A stretch of 63,714 bases of DNA, the filler included, from Nitrospinota bacterium (GTDB lineage Bacteria; JAUXIQ01), in assembly GCA_030620925.1 (NCBI GenBank). It is 11 parts of 11 records of this genome, joined end to end, with 100 filler letters (N's around TTAATTAATTAA, not from the genome) between each part and the next. Parts side by side here need not be neighbours in the genome. Positions count along the whole stretch, not along the records: positions 27,700 to 32,642 come from JAUXIQ010000189.1; positions 32,743 to 44,840 come from JAUXIQ010000023.1; 9 more parts are not named here. One strand, 5' to 3'. Numbering within the stretch: position 1 is the stretch's first letter; each line of letters starts with the position of its first letter. The notes under the pieces were generated by a model. The model saw only the letters and a list, made by a program, of their open reading frames with translations. It made no database searches and was not told where the DNA came from. Position numbers and translations under genes: made by a program. Below, piece by piece: positions 31,170-43,639 of this stretch.

Positions 31170-32147
31170 ATGTCACAGGATAGTACTGCCAGGGTAAAAT
31201 GTGAAGGCATCAAGCAGATTGCAATCGCTGTCAAAGACCTGGAGTCGGTGGCGGAGAGCTACTGGAACATTCTGGGCATCGGTCCCTGGGCCATATATGA
31301 ATGGGAAGCCCCCACGGTCTACGATCGCAAATACCGGGGTAAATCAACGACGGCCAGGGAGAAGATAGCTTTGGCTGAGGTGGGAAACGTCGAGCTCGAG
31401 CTGGTGCAGCCCATCGATGGAAATTCTATTTATCAGGACTGGCTGGATGAGCACGGGGAAGGACTCCACCACCTGAAATTCCTGGTGGAAGACGTAGATA
31501 AGACCGCCGCAATGCTGGCTGAGGAAGGATTCCCCAGCATTCAAAGCGGCCGCTTCGGGCCGAAGGGGGGTAAGGGCGCCTACAATTACATCGAAATCGA
31601 GCCCCTCCGCGCTATCTGGGAACCGGTAAACCGGGGTGAGGGGCTGGGCGTAGAGCCTGTCGTCTTTCCGGATACGAAGCAGGAAAGCCCCGCTAAAATC
31701 AAATGCGACAATATCAATCAAGTGGCGATAGTGGTTAAGGACGCGGAGTCGATAACGCAGAACTTTTGGAACATCCTGGGTATCGGCCCCTGGACTATTT
31801 TAGACTGGGAGGAGCCTACGGTCTACGATCGCACGTATCATGGTAAATCCGCATGGGCCAGGGAGAGGATCGCCCTGGCTAGGGCGGGGGATGTGCAGCT
31901 CGAGCTTGTCCAGCCCGTTGAAGGGGATTCTATTTATCAGGACTGGCTGGACGAGCACGGGGAAGGGCTCCATCACGTAAACTTCCTGGTGGATGATGTA
32001 GATAAGACCGCCGAAATACTGGCCGGGGAAGGATTCCCCAGTATTCAAAGCGGCCGTTTTGAGCGTGAGGGCCGAAAAGGCGGTTATAACTACATCGATA
32101 TCGAACCACTGCGAACCATCTGGGAACCGGTTCAAACCATAGGGTAA
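31170..32147 (+). CDS. VOC family protein with two tandem methylmalonyl-CoA-epimerase-like domains
   Basis: Duplicated WNILGIGPW, LELVQP, IYQDWLDEHGEGLHH. Confidence 0.85.
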   Translation: MSQDSTARVKCEGIKQIAIAVKDLESVAESYWNILGIGPWAIYEWEAPTVYDRKYRGKSTTAREKIALAEVGNVELELVQPIDGNSIYQDWLDEHGEGLHHLKFLVEDVDKTAAMLAEEGFPSIQSGRFGPKGGKGAYNYIEIEPLRAIWEPVNRGEGLGVEPVVFPDTKQESPAKIKCDNINQVAIVVKDAESITQNFWNILGIGPWTILDWEEPTVYDRTYHGKSAWARERIALARAGDVQLELVQPVEGDSIYQDWLDEHGEGLHHVNFLVDDVDKTAEILAGEGFPSIQSGRFEREGRKGGYNYIDIEPLRTIWEPVQTIG

Positions 32148-32230
32148 GCGGGCGCGCATCGGCCGACGCCCGGGTGAGTATTACGCTATACTTGAACGGA
32201 ACTCTCCTTAGTTTCGATGAGGTATTACAG

Positions 32231-32642
32231 ATGGAATGCCCGAAATGCCGGTTTGATAACCGCGAGGGGATAAAGTTCTGTGAAGAATGCGGGGCTGCGC
32301 TGGAGCTGAATTGTCCCAAATGCGGAGCTAAAATCCCTCTGGGCAGGAAATTTTGCGGGGAATGCGCCACGCCTCTCAAAGACCAGGCTCCGACTCCTGA
32401 TACCCAAACACCCCTGAGCTACACTCCACCTCACCTTGCCGAGCGCATACTGGCCGAGAAGAAAGCTCTTGAGGATCGGGCTTCTCCTGAGGGTGAGCGG
32501 AAAACCATCACCGCCCTATTCGCCGACATAAAGGGCTCCATGGAGCTTATAGAAGACCTCGATCCCGAAGAAGCCCGCTCCATAATCGATCCCGCCCTCA
32601 AGCTCATGATGGACGCCGTTCACCGATACGATGGCTACGTCG
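32231..32642 (+). CDS. Double zinc-ribbon + class III cyclase, N-terminal fragment
   Basis: MECPKC...CEECG..CPKCG..CGECA, GERKTITALFADIKGS. Confidence 0.88.
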
Positions 32643-32742
32643 NNNNNNNNNNNNNNNNNNNNNNNNNNNNNNNNNNNNNNNNNNNNTTAATTAATTAANN
32701 NNNNNNNNNNNNNNNNNNNNNNNNNNNNNNNNNNNNNNNNNN

Positions 32743-34129
32743 AATCCTCCAGATGTTTGAGGGCTCTGAGAACATGCTCGTCCACCGTATATCTATGATA
32801 GAGGTCGTGTTGGGCCAGACTGGTGAGCCCCTCGAACTCAGGGATATATTTTCCCAGACCTCCCGCATCGTGCATTTGGCGGAGCGCATCCGCGGCATCC
32901 TCCTGAGACAGTATCTCCAAGAAGATGTCTCTGGCCTGCGGACTGTCTATTATACTGCGATCCAGGTGGTGAAGGTTCTGGCCGATCTTCCTCAAGGTGC
33001 TCTGCCCCGGGGCCAGCTTCAGGGCCTGGCTATGCCTGAACAGCTTTTACTTAAGAATAGGATGGTCTACGAAAGGGTCCCCTTCCACCACAATTTCCCC
33101 ACCGACGGAGTAGAGGCCGCGGTCGACCTTTTTCCGCTTCAGGGCCCTGCCCAATCGATGGAAAAAGCCGTCCCTGCGTCCGCAACTTTTTATTACAAGC
33201 CTGGAGTACCTCCCCATATCCCTGGCCCGGAGAAAATAGTCCCTCATGAAAAGCTCGACGGCCGGGAAAAGGTCGTTGCCCTGGTAGTTAAGGTTAGCGG
33301 CGATGACTCGCTGGACTTCCATCAGGAGCACATCGTTGCGCTGTTTAACCGTGAAATGCAGCTCGTTGCGCACCCTGTGCAAAAAATCGTAAGCTTCTTT
33401 GAATTTCTGAAGCTCCTCGAGTGTCAGTACTCCCAGGGCCACCAGGTCGTCGAGCACCCCGGCGTCATACCTGGTTTTGGCGCACCACAAGGCCACGTGG
33501 TAGTCCCTGAGCCCCCCCATACCCTCCTTAACATTAGGCTCCTGGTAGTTGGAAGAATCTCCGTATTGCGCGTAGCGCTGGGTCTGTTCCCTGGTCTTAA
33601 TCTCGATGAAATCGGCTGCGCCCCTGGTCAGGAACTCTTTCCTGATGGCCCGGTTGAGCTGGCGGGTTATGCTTTCATCACCGCATATATGCCGGTTCTC
33701 TATCATTGAAGTCTTGACCGTGGAATCATCACGGGCGATCTTCATACATTCGGGTACGGACCTGCAGCTGTGCCCCACGCGAATACCCAAATCCCACAGG
33801 AAATAGAGGGCCTCCTTGACCATAAAATCGACAAACCGGTTCATTTTGCGGTAGAGGAACAGCACGTCAACGTCAGACTGGGGGTTCAGTTCCCCCCGGC
33901 CGTATCCGCCCAGAGCCACCAGGGCCATTCCGTCAGTCTGCGCTTCTCCATCAGCCAGCGCCTCCTCCCTGCAATAGCTGTAGACTCTGCGCACCACACC
34001 GTCCATCAAATCCGTATTTCGACGCACCACCTCCAGTCCCCCGCCGCCGGCCCGGTGCATGGTAAATATCTCCTCGCCGCCGCGTTCTATCTGAAACTTC
34101 AGCCTGTCTACTACATCTTTCCTGCTCAT
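32743..34129 (-). pseudogene. glnD: PII uridylyltransferase with in-frame TAA at 33049-33047; 3' end lost
   Basis: ALGGYGRGEL.P.SDVD, EPNVKEG.GGLRD, then PILK*KLF, continuing in frame to QHDLYHRYTVDEH. Confidence 0.85.
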
Positions 34130-34146
34130 TTCACCATAACCACCGG

Positions 34147-35034
34147 TTACCTGGCCCTGGGATGAAATTTATCGTACTGTTCTCTCAACAGCTTATCCAT
34201 CAGGTGGGTATATATCTGAGTGGTCGAAATATCCGCATGTCCCAGCATCTGTTGAACCGATCTCAAGTCGGCCCCTCCGTTAAGGAGATGGGAGGCGAAA
34301 GAATGTCTGAGCATGTGAGGGGTAACCTCCCCTAAACGGGCGAGACGGGCGTAGAGCTTGACCCTGTTCCAGAAGTTGTTGCGGGTCATCGGCCCCCCGC
34401 GCCGGCTGAGAAAAAGGTAGGGCGAACGCTTCTCCCCGGCCATGACGGGCCTCGACGAGCTCAGGTAGGTCTTCAATATATCCAGCGCTCTCTCACCCAC
34501 CGGCACCACGCGCTCTTTCTTCCCCTTGCCGTACGCGATCAGGTAGCCGGCCTCCAGGTTCACATCGGCCTCTTTCAACCCCACAAGCTCCGAGACTCTG
34601 AGGCCGGCAGCGTACATTAACTCCAGCATGGCCGCATCCCTCAGGCCCAGGGGCTCTCCAGTATCCGGCTGGGCGAGCAGGGCTTCCACCTGATGCTCTT
34701 GAAGAACGCCGGGCAGCTTCCTGCCCGTTCTGGGAGACTCTATGTACGCGGCGGGGTCCGCCTCGACCAGACCTTCCCTCAAAAGGAACCGATGGAAAGA
34801 CTTTATCGAGCTGAGATGGCGTCTCAAAGAGATTGAAGAAAGCCCCTTCTCCTTCAGATGGGCCAGATGGATGATTATGTCTTCCCTCTCCAGGGAAGAA
34901 ACGTCACCCCCGCGTCGGGGGAACGTTTCATCCAGGTAGCAGGCTATATCCCTGGCGTAGGATTCAACGGTGCGAGACGAAAGCCGGGCCTCCACCCTGA
35001 GGTAATTAAGATACTGGTCTAAAATGAGGTCCAT
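34147..35034 (-). CDS. xerD: Tyrosine recombinase XerD
   Basis: LELMYAAGLRVSEL, GKGKKER, HMLRHSFASH, LGHADISTTQIY, HPRA. Confidence 0.93.
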   Translation of the reverse strand: MDLILDQYLNYLRVEARLSSRTVESYARDIACYLDETFPRRGGDVSSLEREDIIIHLAHLKEKGLSSISLRRHLSSIKSFHRFLLREGLVEADPAAYIESPRTGRKLPGVLQEHQVEALLAQPDTGEPLGLRDAAMLELMYAAGLRVSELVGLKEADVNLEAGYLIAYGKGKKERVVPVGERALDILKTYLSSSRPVMAGEKRSPYLFLSRRGGPMTRNNFWNRVKLYARLARLGEVTPHMLRHSFASHLLNGGADLRSVQQMLGHADISTTQIYTHLMDKLLREQYDKFHPRAR

Positions 35035-35088
35035 CTGAAAAACCCTGCTCCCCTTGAAAGCTCCCTTAAGAGAGGATGCGCGTCCACC

Positions 35089-36645
35089 TCAACCCCTGCG
35101 CACCAGTTTGAGCAATTGGTCCAGCTCCTCGCTCCTCCAGAGCCGATTGATGGCCAGGTATACCGCTGCTCCCCCTGCAATGCAAACCACCAGCACTCCT
35201 ATCCTTAGCAGAAGGGGCGCCGTCAAATCAAACATACTATTATACAACGCCCAGACAACCAGGGCCAGCCCTCCCGAGGCGATCAGACTTCTGTAAACCG
35301 AGCGCGCCAGCTCCCTCCCGCCTTGAGTGCCTACTCTTCTGAACAATATAATAAGCAACACGAAGAAATTAAACATGGAGGAGATGGAAGTGGCCAGCGC
35401 GAGACCGTTATGTTTCATAGGGCCCATGAGCAGAAGGTTCAGGATCACGTTTATTATCAGGGCGTATATAGCCACCTTGAAAGGAGTCTTCGTATCCTGC
35501 ATCGAAAAGAAGCCCGTAGCGGTGATCTTCACGCCGGCGAAGGCGAATAGCCCCAGAGAGTAGTAAAAAAGCGCGGTGGCCGTGGCGTAAGCGGCATAGG
35601 GGCCGAAAGCGCCCCGCTGGAAGAGAACGTTCACTATGGGCGTATTAAGCACCATGAGGCCCACCGAAGAGGGAACCATGATAAAGACAGCCAATCTCGT
35701 CCCGAACAGAAAGGAAGACCTGAGCTCATCCAGCTCTCTCCTGGCCGCCTGCTCCGATAATACGGGGAGGATGGCCACCGCAATTGCGATCCCGAACACG
35801 CCCAGTGGAAACTGGACCAGCCTGTTGGCGTAGTATAGGAAGGAGACGCTGCCCTCAGGCAGCCACGACGCTATCCACCTGTCCACCAGCAGATTGACCT
35901 GGTTGACCCCCAGCCCCAAAAGCGCTGGAACCATGAGCCCCAGAACCCTTCCCAGACCGGGGTGCCTGACCCTTTTCAGCGTCAACCGGGGGGCCGCCCC
36001 GCGAGACAGCATGGGAGGAACCTGCACCACTAACTGCAGCAACCCCCCCAGCAGGGCGCCGGCGGCCAGGGCCAATATGGGAACCCCGAACCGGAAATGG
36101 AGCAACAACGCGCAGGAAATCATGGCAACATTCAGAAAAGCCGGGGAGACCGCGGGCCAGAAGAAATGCCCCCTGGTATTAAGAATCCCCGTGGAGAGCG
36201 AAGCCAGCCCCACGAAGAAGATAAAAGGGAAGAGCATCCTGGTGAGGAAAACGGTGAGCTCGATTTTCCCGGGCACACTCGCGAAACCCGGCACCAGGGC
36301 CTTGACGAACCAGGGCGCCAGAATGACGCCCGCCACCGAAACGAGGGCCAGGACTGCGGCCAGCGTGGTGGCCATGGAATCCGCGAACCTCCCCGCTTCT
36401 TCCGTCCCCTCCTTGTTGATATACTCGGAATAGACGGGCACGAAGGAAGATGAAAGCCCGCCCTCCGCGAATATTCTGCGGAGCATATTGGGCACGCCAA
36501 AGGCCACGAAGAAGGCGTCGGTGGAGCCGTGGGCGCCGAACAACTGGGCTATTATCATGTCCCTGACGAAGCCCAGTATCCGGCTGATGAGTGTGGCTCC
36601 GCCCACAACGCCGGTGGACCTGGTTATCTTATCCTCTTGAGACAT
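35089..36645 (-). CDS. murJ: Lipid II flippase
   Basis: SRILGFVRD, PNMLRRIFAEG, LYYANRLVQFPLGVFG. Confidence 0.96.
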   Translation of the reverse strand: MSQEDKITRSTGVVGGATLISRILGFVRDMIIAQLFGAHGSTDAFFVAFGVPNMLRRIFAEGGLSSSFVPVYSEYINKEGTEEAGRFADSMATTLAAVLALVSVAGVILAPWFVKALVPGFASVPGKIELTVFLTRMLFPFIFFVGLASLSTGILNTRGHFFWPAVSPAFLNVAMISCALLLHFRFGVPILALAAGALLGGLLQLVVQVPPMLSRGAAPRLTLKRVRHPGLGRVLGLMVPALLGLGVNQVNLLVDRWIASWLPEGSVSFLYYANRLVQFPLGVFGIAIAVAILPVLSEQAARRELDELRSSFLFGTRLAVFIMVPSSVGLMVLNTPIVNVLFQRGAFGPYAAYATATALFYYSLGLFAFAGVKITATGFFSMQDTKTPFKVAIYALIINVILNLLLMGPMKHNGLALATSISSMFNFFVLLIILFRRVGTQGGRELARSVYRSLIASGGLALVVWALYNSMFDLTAPLLLRIGVLVVCIAGGAAVYLAINRLWRSEELDQLLKLVRRG

Positions 36646-36715
36646 CCTTCAAGAAACCCTCTGCAGCCGTAAACCGCCTCTATTCCATCGATTACAGACA
36701 TGAGGTATAAACCGC

Positions 36716-36744
36716 TTGACATGCGCCGAACAGGAATATAGGAT
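36716..36744 (+). promoter_or_regulatory. Sigma70-like promoter of rpsT
   Basis: TTGACA-17 bp-TAGGAT, 60 bp upstream of the ATG. Confidence 0.6.
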
Positions 36745-36804
36745 TATATGGAAATTTCCCTAATTTAAACTCTCCAAATTGCTGATTACGGAGGAAAACT
36801 GCGA

Positions 36805-37083
36805 ATGCCAAAAAAGGCATCTGTATTAAAGAGAATCAGACAGAGCAACGAAAGGCGCGAGCGAAACAAGGACGTTAAATCAAACATGCGCACCGCTATC
36901 AAAAAGCTGTATGCGGCCATGGACTCCCGCGACATCGAACAGGCGCGGCAGGAGCTTCAGAAAGTTATTCCCACCATAGATACGGCCGCATCCAAGGGAG
37001 TAATCCATAAAAATACCGCCTCAAGGAAAATCTCCAGGCTTAACCGCAGGTTCCACGTCCTGTCCTCCGACCAATCGAATTGA
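36805..37083 (+). CDS. rpsT: 30S ribosomal protein S20
   Basis: KRIRQ..RN...KS.MRTAIKK, KGVIHKNTASRKISRL. Confidence 0.96.
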   Translation: MPKKASVLKRIRQSNERRERNKDVKSNMRTAIKKLYAAMDSRDIEQARQELQKVIPTIDTAASKGVIHKNTASRKISRLNRRFHVLSSDQSN

Positions 37084-37169
37084 ACCTTTTACATTCGAAT
37101 TAAAATAACGCAAGGTAATTTTAAGGGAGCTGAGCCTTGACTTTTTACGGTCCCCTGCCCGCATTCCGG

Positions 37170-37738
37170 CTACAATCCCGAGAACAGCAGCTCGACCAGT
37201 TCCTCCGCCAACTCCCTGAATCCCCTTCTCTCGGCAGACTCTTTTGCCTTCTCCAGCGCTGACAACTTCATGTGAACGGCATACTCAGAGCGGGCCTGAA
37301 GGTTGAAAGAGACCAGCTCCTTTCCGCTCGACCTCTCTACGACGCTCACCCTCACCGACACCACCACCCTCCTCTCCGATGCCCTGTCCGTATCGTCGAA
37401 AGCGAGCGTTCGGGCGCCGTAGCCGGTTATCTTCCCCCGCAGGATGAGCTCCGCCCGCTCCACGGGCACCACCTCCAGCCTCCCGTCATCGATGAACTCC
37501 TCTCTCACCGCTTCGGTGAGCAGCGTTTCGATAAGCGGCTCAGAGGAGACGTTTTCAAAGATAGGGATGGCGATGCTGTTTATACCGGGATCGAACCCGG
37601 GGGATATTCTGCCTGGTCGGTAGCCGCATCCGGACACGCTGAGAGCGATCAAGGCCACGCACCAGCACCATCTCACGAATTTCACCGCAGCGGATTGTGA
37701 AACTGCCGGAAGCAGCTTAATGGAGGCCGACACAGGAT

Positions 37739-37742
<4 letters not shown>
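37170..37742 (-). CDS. lptE: LPS assembly lipoprotein LptE family
   Basis: Lipobox [14 protein letters not shown]; directly after leuS; start uncertain. Confidence 0.8.
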
Positions 37743-40231
<2,489 letters not shown>

Positions 40232-40273
40232 AAAAAACTACCTCCGTCGGTAATTTAAACTCTTCAAATTCCC

Positions 40274-40705
40274 TCACACCAACCCGGCTATCCGCATCAA
40301 TATCTGCGTATCGGCGTGCAGCTCATCCCAGCGCGATTCCAACTCCTGCTCGGTGAACCATTCAGCCTCCCCCACGTCGTCGTCAGGGGTTAGCTCGCCG
40401 TCTACCATCTCGGCTATACAGTCTATATATATTACGTGTAGGCCGGTCTTTCCGTCATCGTCAACGACTATCCGCTCGAACGGTTCCAGCATTTTCTTTA
40501 TGGATATTTCCAGATGCGTCTCTTCACGCACCTCCCTAACTATTCCATCGCGGATGGCTTCTCCCACGTCCAGCTTTCCGCCGGGGCATATCCACTTGCC
40601 TTTCCAGTAGCCCTCGCGCTCTGGGACATGGCGCACCATCAGCACCCCCTTCTCAGGATGGGTGATAACCGCTCCCACGGCTACGATTATGCGTCCTCCC
40701 TCCAT
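40274..40705 (-). CDS. NUDIX hydrolase
   Basis: GGKLDVGE......REVREET. Confidence 0.92.
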   Translation of the reverse strand: MEGGRIIVAVGAVITHPEKGVLMVRHVPEREGYWKGKWICPGGKLDVGEAIRDGIVREVREETHLEISIKKMLEPFERIVVDDDGKTGLHVIYIDCIAEMVDGELTPDDDVGEAEWFTEQELESRWDELHADTQILMRIAGLV

Positions 40706-40723
40706 TCGCTGCCTCCGGCGGGA

Positions 40724-41452
40724 TTACATCCCCAGGGCCAGCCGCTGCGCCAGGTAAGGCGGCAGCCCGGCCTTCACGATTTTTTCCTGCGCGGCGTAAA
40801 CATCGTAGGACACCCGCAGGAACTCTACGCTCTGCCTCTCAGCGTCATAAACAACGTAACACGAGCGGGGGTCACCGTCCCTGGGCTGGCCCACGCTGCC
40901 CGCATTGATTATATACCTGCACCCTTCCTTAAGCTGCAACTGCCCTGGAGACTCGAAGCCCAGTTTGCCCTCGCTGTCCATGCAGAACACCGCAGGGGTG
41001 TGAGAGTGCCCTATAAAGCAGAGCCCGTTTTCGAAAGCGTCGTAATTCTGCTCCGCCTGCTCCACGGACAACAGATAATTCCAGTTTAAAGGGTTGAGGG
41101 GAGAGGCGTGCACTATGGTGAAACCCTCTTCCTCCGCACTCACATCCAGTCCGGCCAGGTACGTCCTTTCTCCGTCGCTCAGCCTGTCCCTGGTCCAGAG
41201 GACGGCGTTTTTGGCGTAAGAGTTGAAATAGACCGGCTCCTCCTTCCCGGAAGCCACGTAGTCATGGTTGCCCACCACCGAGGCGTCCGCCATCGACCTG
41301 ATCATATCCATCACTTCAGAGGGTTGGGCGCCGTAGCCCACGGCGTCCCCCAGGAAGATTATCCGGTCCACGCCCTGCGTCTCAATGGCTTCGGAGACCG
41401 CCTGCAGGGAATCCAGGTTCCCATGTATATCCGAAACAACAGCGTATCTCAA
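40724..41452 (-). CDS. Metallophosphoesterase (calcineurin-like)
   Basis: SDIHGN, LGDAVGYG, GNHD, GHSH, NAGSVGQPRD. Confidence 0.92.
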   Translation of the reverse strand: MRYAVVSDIHGNLDSLQAVSEAIETQGVDRIIFLGDAVGYGAQPSEVMDMIRSMADASVVGNHDYVASGKEEPVYFNSYAKNAVLWTRDRLSDGERTYLAGLDVSAEEEGFTIVHASPLNPLNWNYLLSVEQAEQNYDAFENGLCFIGHSHTPAVFCMDSEGKLGFESPGQLQLKEGCRYIINAGSVGQPRDGDPRSCYVVYDAERQSVEFLRVSYDVYAAQEKIVKAGLPPYLAQRLALGM

Positions 41453-41478
41453 AGAATCTGTTCCCTGAGGTAAACCGG

Positions 41479-42054
41479 TTAATCCCCCATCTTTTTCGAT
41501 TCTATTTCCGAATCCACCTTGTCCCGGTATTGGACCATGACTTCGTAGGATACCCCTTCCAGAATCCTCCAGTGCTCGAAGGATTCCTCTATCAATACCA
41601 CTTCGTAATCTTCCTCCTGCGAAGGCTCCAGGAAGGAATAACCCTGATATATGCCTTTTATAGTGGAACGGGAGAGGTCCCTATACTCCCAGGAGTCGAA
41701 ATCCTGCCTCACGGTGGGCGCGGAAAAACCACTGAAGCCCATCTCCTGAACGTCTCCTACCAGTTCGGTGAACATTCCCTCAATGGTTAACGGCAGCGCT
41801 TTATTGGCTTCCCCCATCCCATAGGCCATAATCCTTTCCGCCCTGAACTTAATGCTGCCCATGAGGACCACTTTATCTCCATTGGCTCCGGTCAGTCCCC
41901 CCTTCATTATGGCCCGGGAGATGCTGCCACCATGCAGCCAATCGATCCATCCCACAATTCCTTTAAAGGGGATCCTATCGCTGAAAAAAGGAACCACCAT
42001 AAGCTCTGTCTCGGCCTGGTAGAGCCGGGTATTGGCGAGCTCGATCTTCAACAC
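41479..42054 (-). CDS. Stand-alone peptidase M17 N-terminal-domain-like protein
   Basis: '[19 protein letters not shown]'; no catalytic domain. Confidence 0.55.
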   Translation of the reverse strand: MLKIELANTRLYQAETELMVVPFFSDRIPFKGIVGWIDWLHGGSISRAIMKGGLTGANGDKVVLMGSIKFRAERIMAYGMGEANKALPLTIEGMFTELVGDVQEMGFSGFSAPTVRQDFDSWEYRDLSRSTIKGIYQGYSFLEPSQEEDYEVVLIEESFEHWRILEGVSYEVMVQYRDKVDSEIESKKMGD

Positions 42055-42461
42055 TGGGCGTCTACCTCCCTGTTCACCTTGTCCAGGATACCGTTCACAA
42101 AGGCCGGTGAATTCTCACCGCCGAACTTCTTGGCCAGCTCCACCGCTTCGTTGATGGTCACCTTATAGGGTATATCGCTGATGTACTTGAGCTCGTAGAC
42201 GGCCATGCGGAGAATATTCTTATCTATAATCGCCATTCGCTCTATGGACCAATGCATGCTTGCGCTCTTAAGATGTTCGTCTATCTCTTCCTTCTTTTCA
42301 GCGGCGCCTCTGGTCAGTTGCAGGGCGAAGTCCCTCACTTCCTGCGGAAGAGGCCCCCCTTCCGTGGCGGCTTCAAGGGCCTGCTCCGGGTCAATCTTCA
42401 CCATATCCAGTTGATAGAGCATCTGCAAGGCTAGTTCACGTGCTTTACTCCTGGCTCTCAC
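42048..42461 (-). CDS. nusB: Transcription antitermination factor NusB
   Basis: [33 protein letters not shown]. Confidence 0.96.
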   Translation of the reverse strand: MRARSKARELALQMLYQLDMVKIDPEQALEAATEGGPLPQEVRDFALQLTRGAAEKKEEIDEHLKSASMHWSIERMAIIDKNILRMAVYELKYISDIPYKVTINEAVELAKKFGGENSPAFVNGILDKVNREVDAQC

Positions 42462-42465
42462 GGCA

Positions 42466-42939
42466 TCATTTTCCCTCTATCGCTTTGTAGAGATTTACCA
42501 TCTCCAAAGCGGAAACGGCGGCCTCGAAGCCCTTGTTTCCCATCTTGGTGCCAGCACGCTCGATCGCCTGTTCCAGGGAATCGGTGGTGAGAACTCCCAG
42601 GGTGATGGGCACGCCCGTCTCCAGCGACGTGTTGGCTATACCCTTTGTAACCTCGGCGGCTATATACTCGTGATGGGTTGTAGCGCCCCGTATGACGGCG
42701 CCCAGGCATATGATGGCGTCATACTTCTTCAGTTGAGCCAGCTTCTTGGCCACCAGAGGTATCTCAAAGGAACCCGGCACACGCACCACGCTGACATTCT
42801 GCTCCTTGGTCCCATGTCTGTACAACGCGTCCAGAGCCCCTTCCAGCAGTTTCCCGGTAATGAAATCGTTGAACCTGCTGACGACAATACCGAACTTAAA
42901 CTTTTCCCCGATCAGGTGGCCTTCAATGGTTTTAGGCAT
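42466..42939 (-). CDS. ribH: Lumazine synthase
   Basis: [29 protein letters not shown]. Confidence 0.96.
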   Translation of the reverse strand: MPKTIEGHLIGEKFKFGIVVSRFNDFITGKLLEGALDALYRHGTKEQNVSVVRVPGSFEIPLVAKKLAQLKKYDAIICLGAVIRGATTHHEYIAAEVTKGIANTSLETGVPITLGVLTTDSLEQAIERAGTKMGNKGFEAAVSALEMVNLYKAIEGK

Positions 42940-42963
42940 GGTGCCCTCCTCCTGCAAAATGGA

Positions 42964-43629
42964 TCAAACAAAACCGTGCCGCGCCAGGAATTCCTGGTCT
43001 ATGCCGCCTGTTTTCTGAGCCTGCGTTTCCCCCCTCTCCGAGTAACCGGCCAGGAGGCGCTCCACGTATTTACCTATAATATCGCACTCTATGTTAACCA
43101 CAGAGCCCGCCCTTCTCTGTGAAAAGGTGGTCTCCCTGTAAGTAAATGGTATGACCGCCACCGTGAAGCCGTCTTCCCGCACGTCCACCACGGTGAGGCT
43201 GATACCTTCCACCGCCACCGATCCCTTGGGCACCACGTAGCGCATGATCCGTTCCGGGGTCTGAAAAGCGAAAACGTAGGATTCGCCTTCTTTCCCGATC
43301 TCTGTGATCCTGCCCGTCCCGTCGATATGACCGGATACCAGATGCCCCCCCATCTTTCCGCCCAGCCGCAGAGACCTTTCCAGGTTGACACCGGAACCGG
43401 GTGGAAGCTCACCCAGGTTGGTGATGCCCATAGTTTCGGGGGTGGCCTCAACGGTGAAGTCGGTCTCCCCGAAATCCACCACTGTGAGACAGACGCCGGA
43501 GACGGATATGCTGTCCCCCAGCGCTATCTCTTCCAACGCCTTACGGGCGGCGATAGTGAACAGGCTGATATCGCCCCTCCTGTCGGTTCGGCGGACTTCG
43601 CCCACCTCCTCTACTATGCCGGTGAACAC
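42964..43629 (-). CDS. ribE: Riboflavin synthase
   Basis: MFTGIVEE, GVCLTV, GGHLVSGHIDG. Confidence 0.96.
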   Translation of the reverse strand: MFTGIVEEVGEVRRTDRRGDISLFTIAARKALEEIALGDSISVSGVCLTVVDFGETDFTVEATPETMGITNLGELPPGSGVNLERSLRLGGKMGGHLVSGHIDGTGRITEIGKEGESYVFAFQTPERIMRYVVPKGSVAVEGISLTVVDVREDGFTVAVIPFTYRETTFSQRRAGSVVNIECDIIGKYVERLLAGYSERGETQAQKTGGIDQEFLARHGFV

Positions 43630-43639
43630 GGGAACCCTC

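Noticed and set aside
34147-35034. Tyrosine recombinase as a mobile-element integrase
   Set aside because: Typical XerD in a housekeeping murJ-xerD-glnD context.
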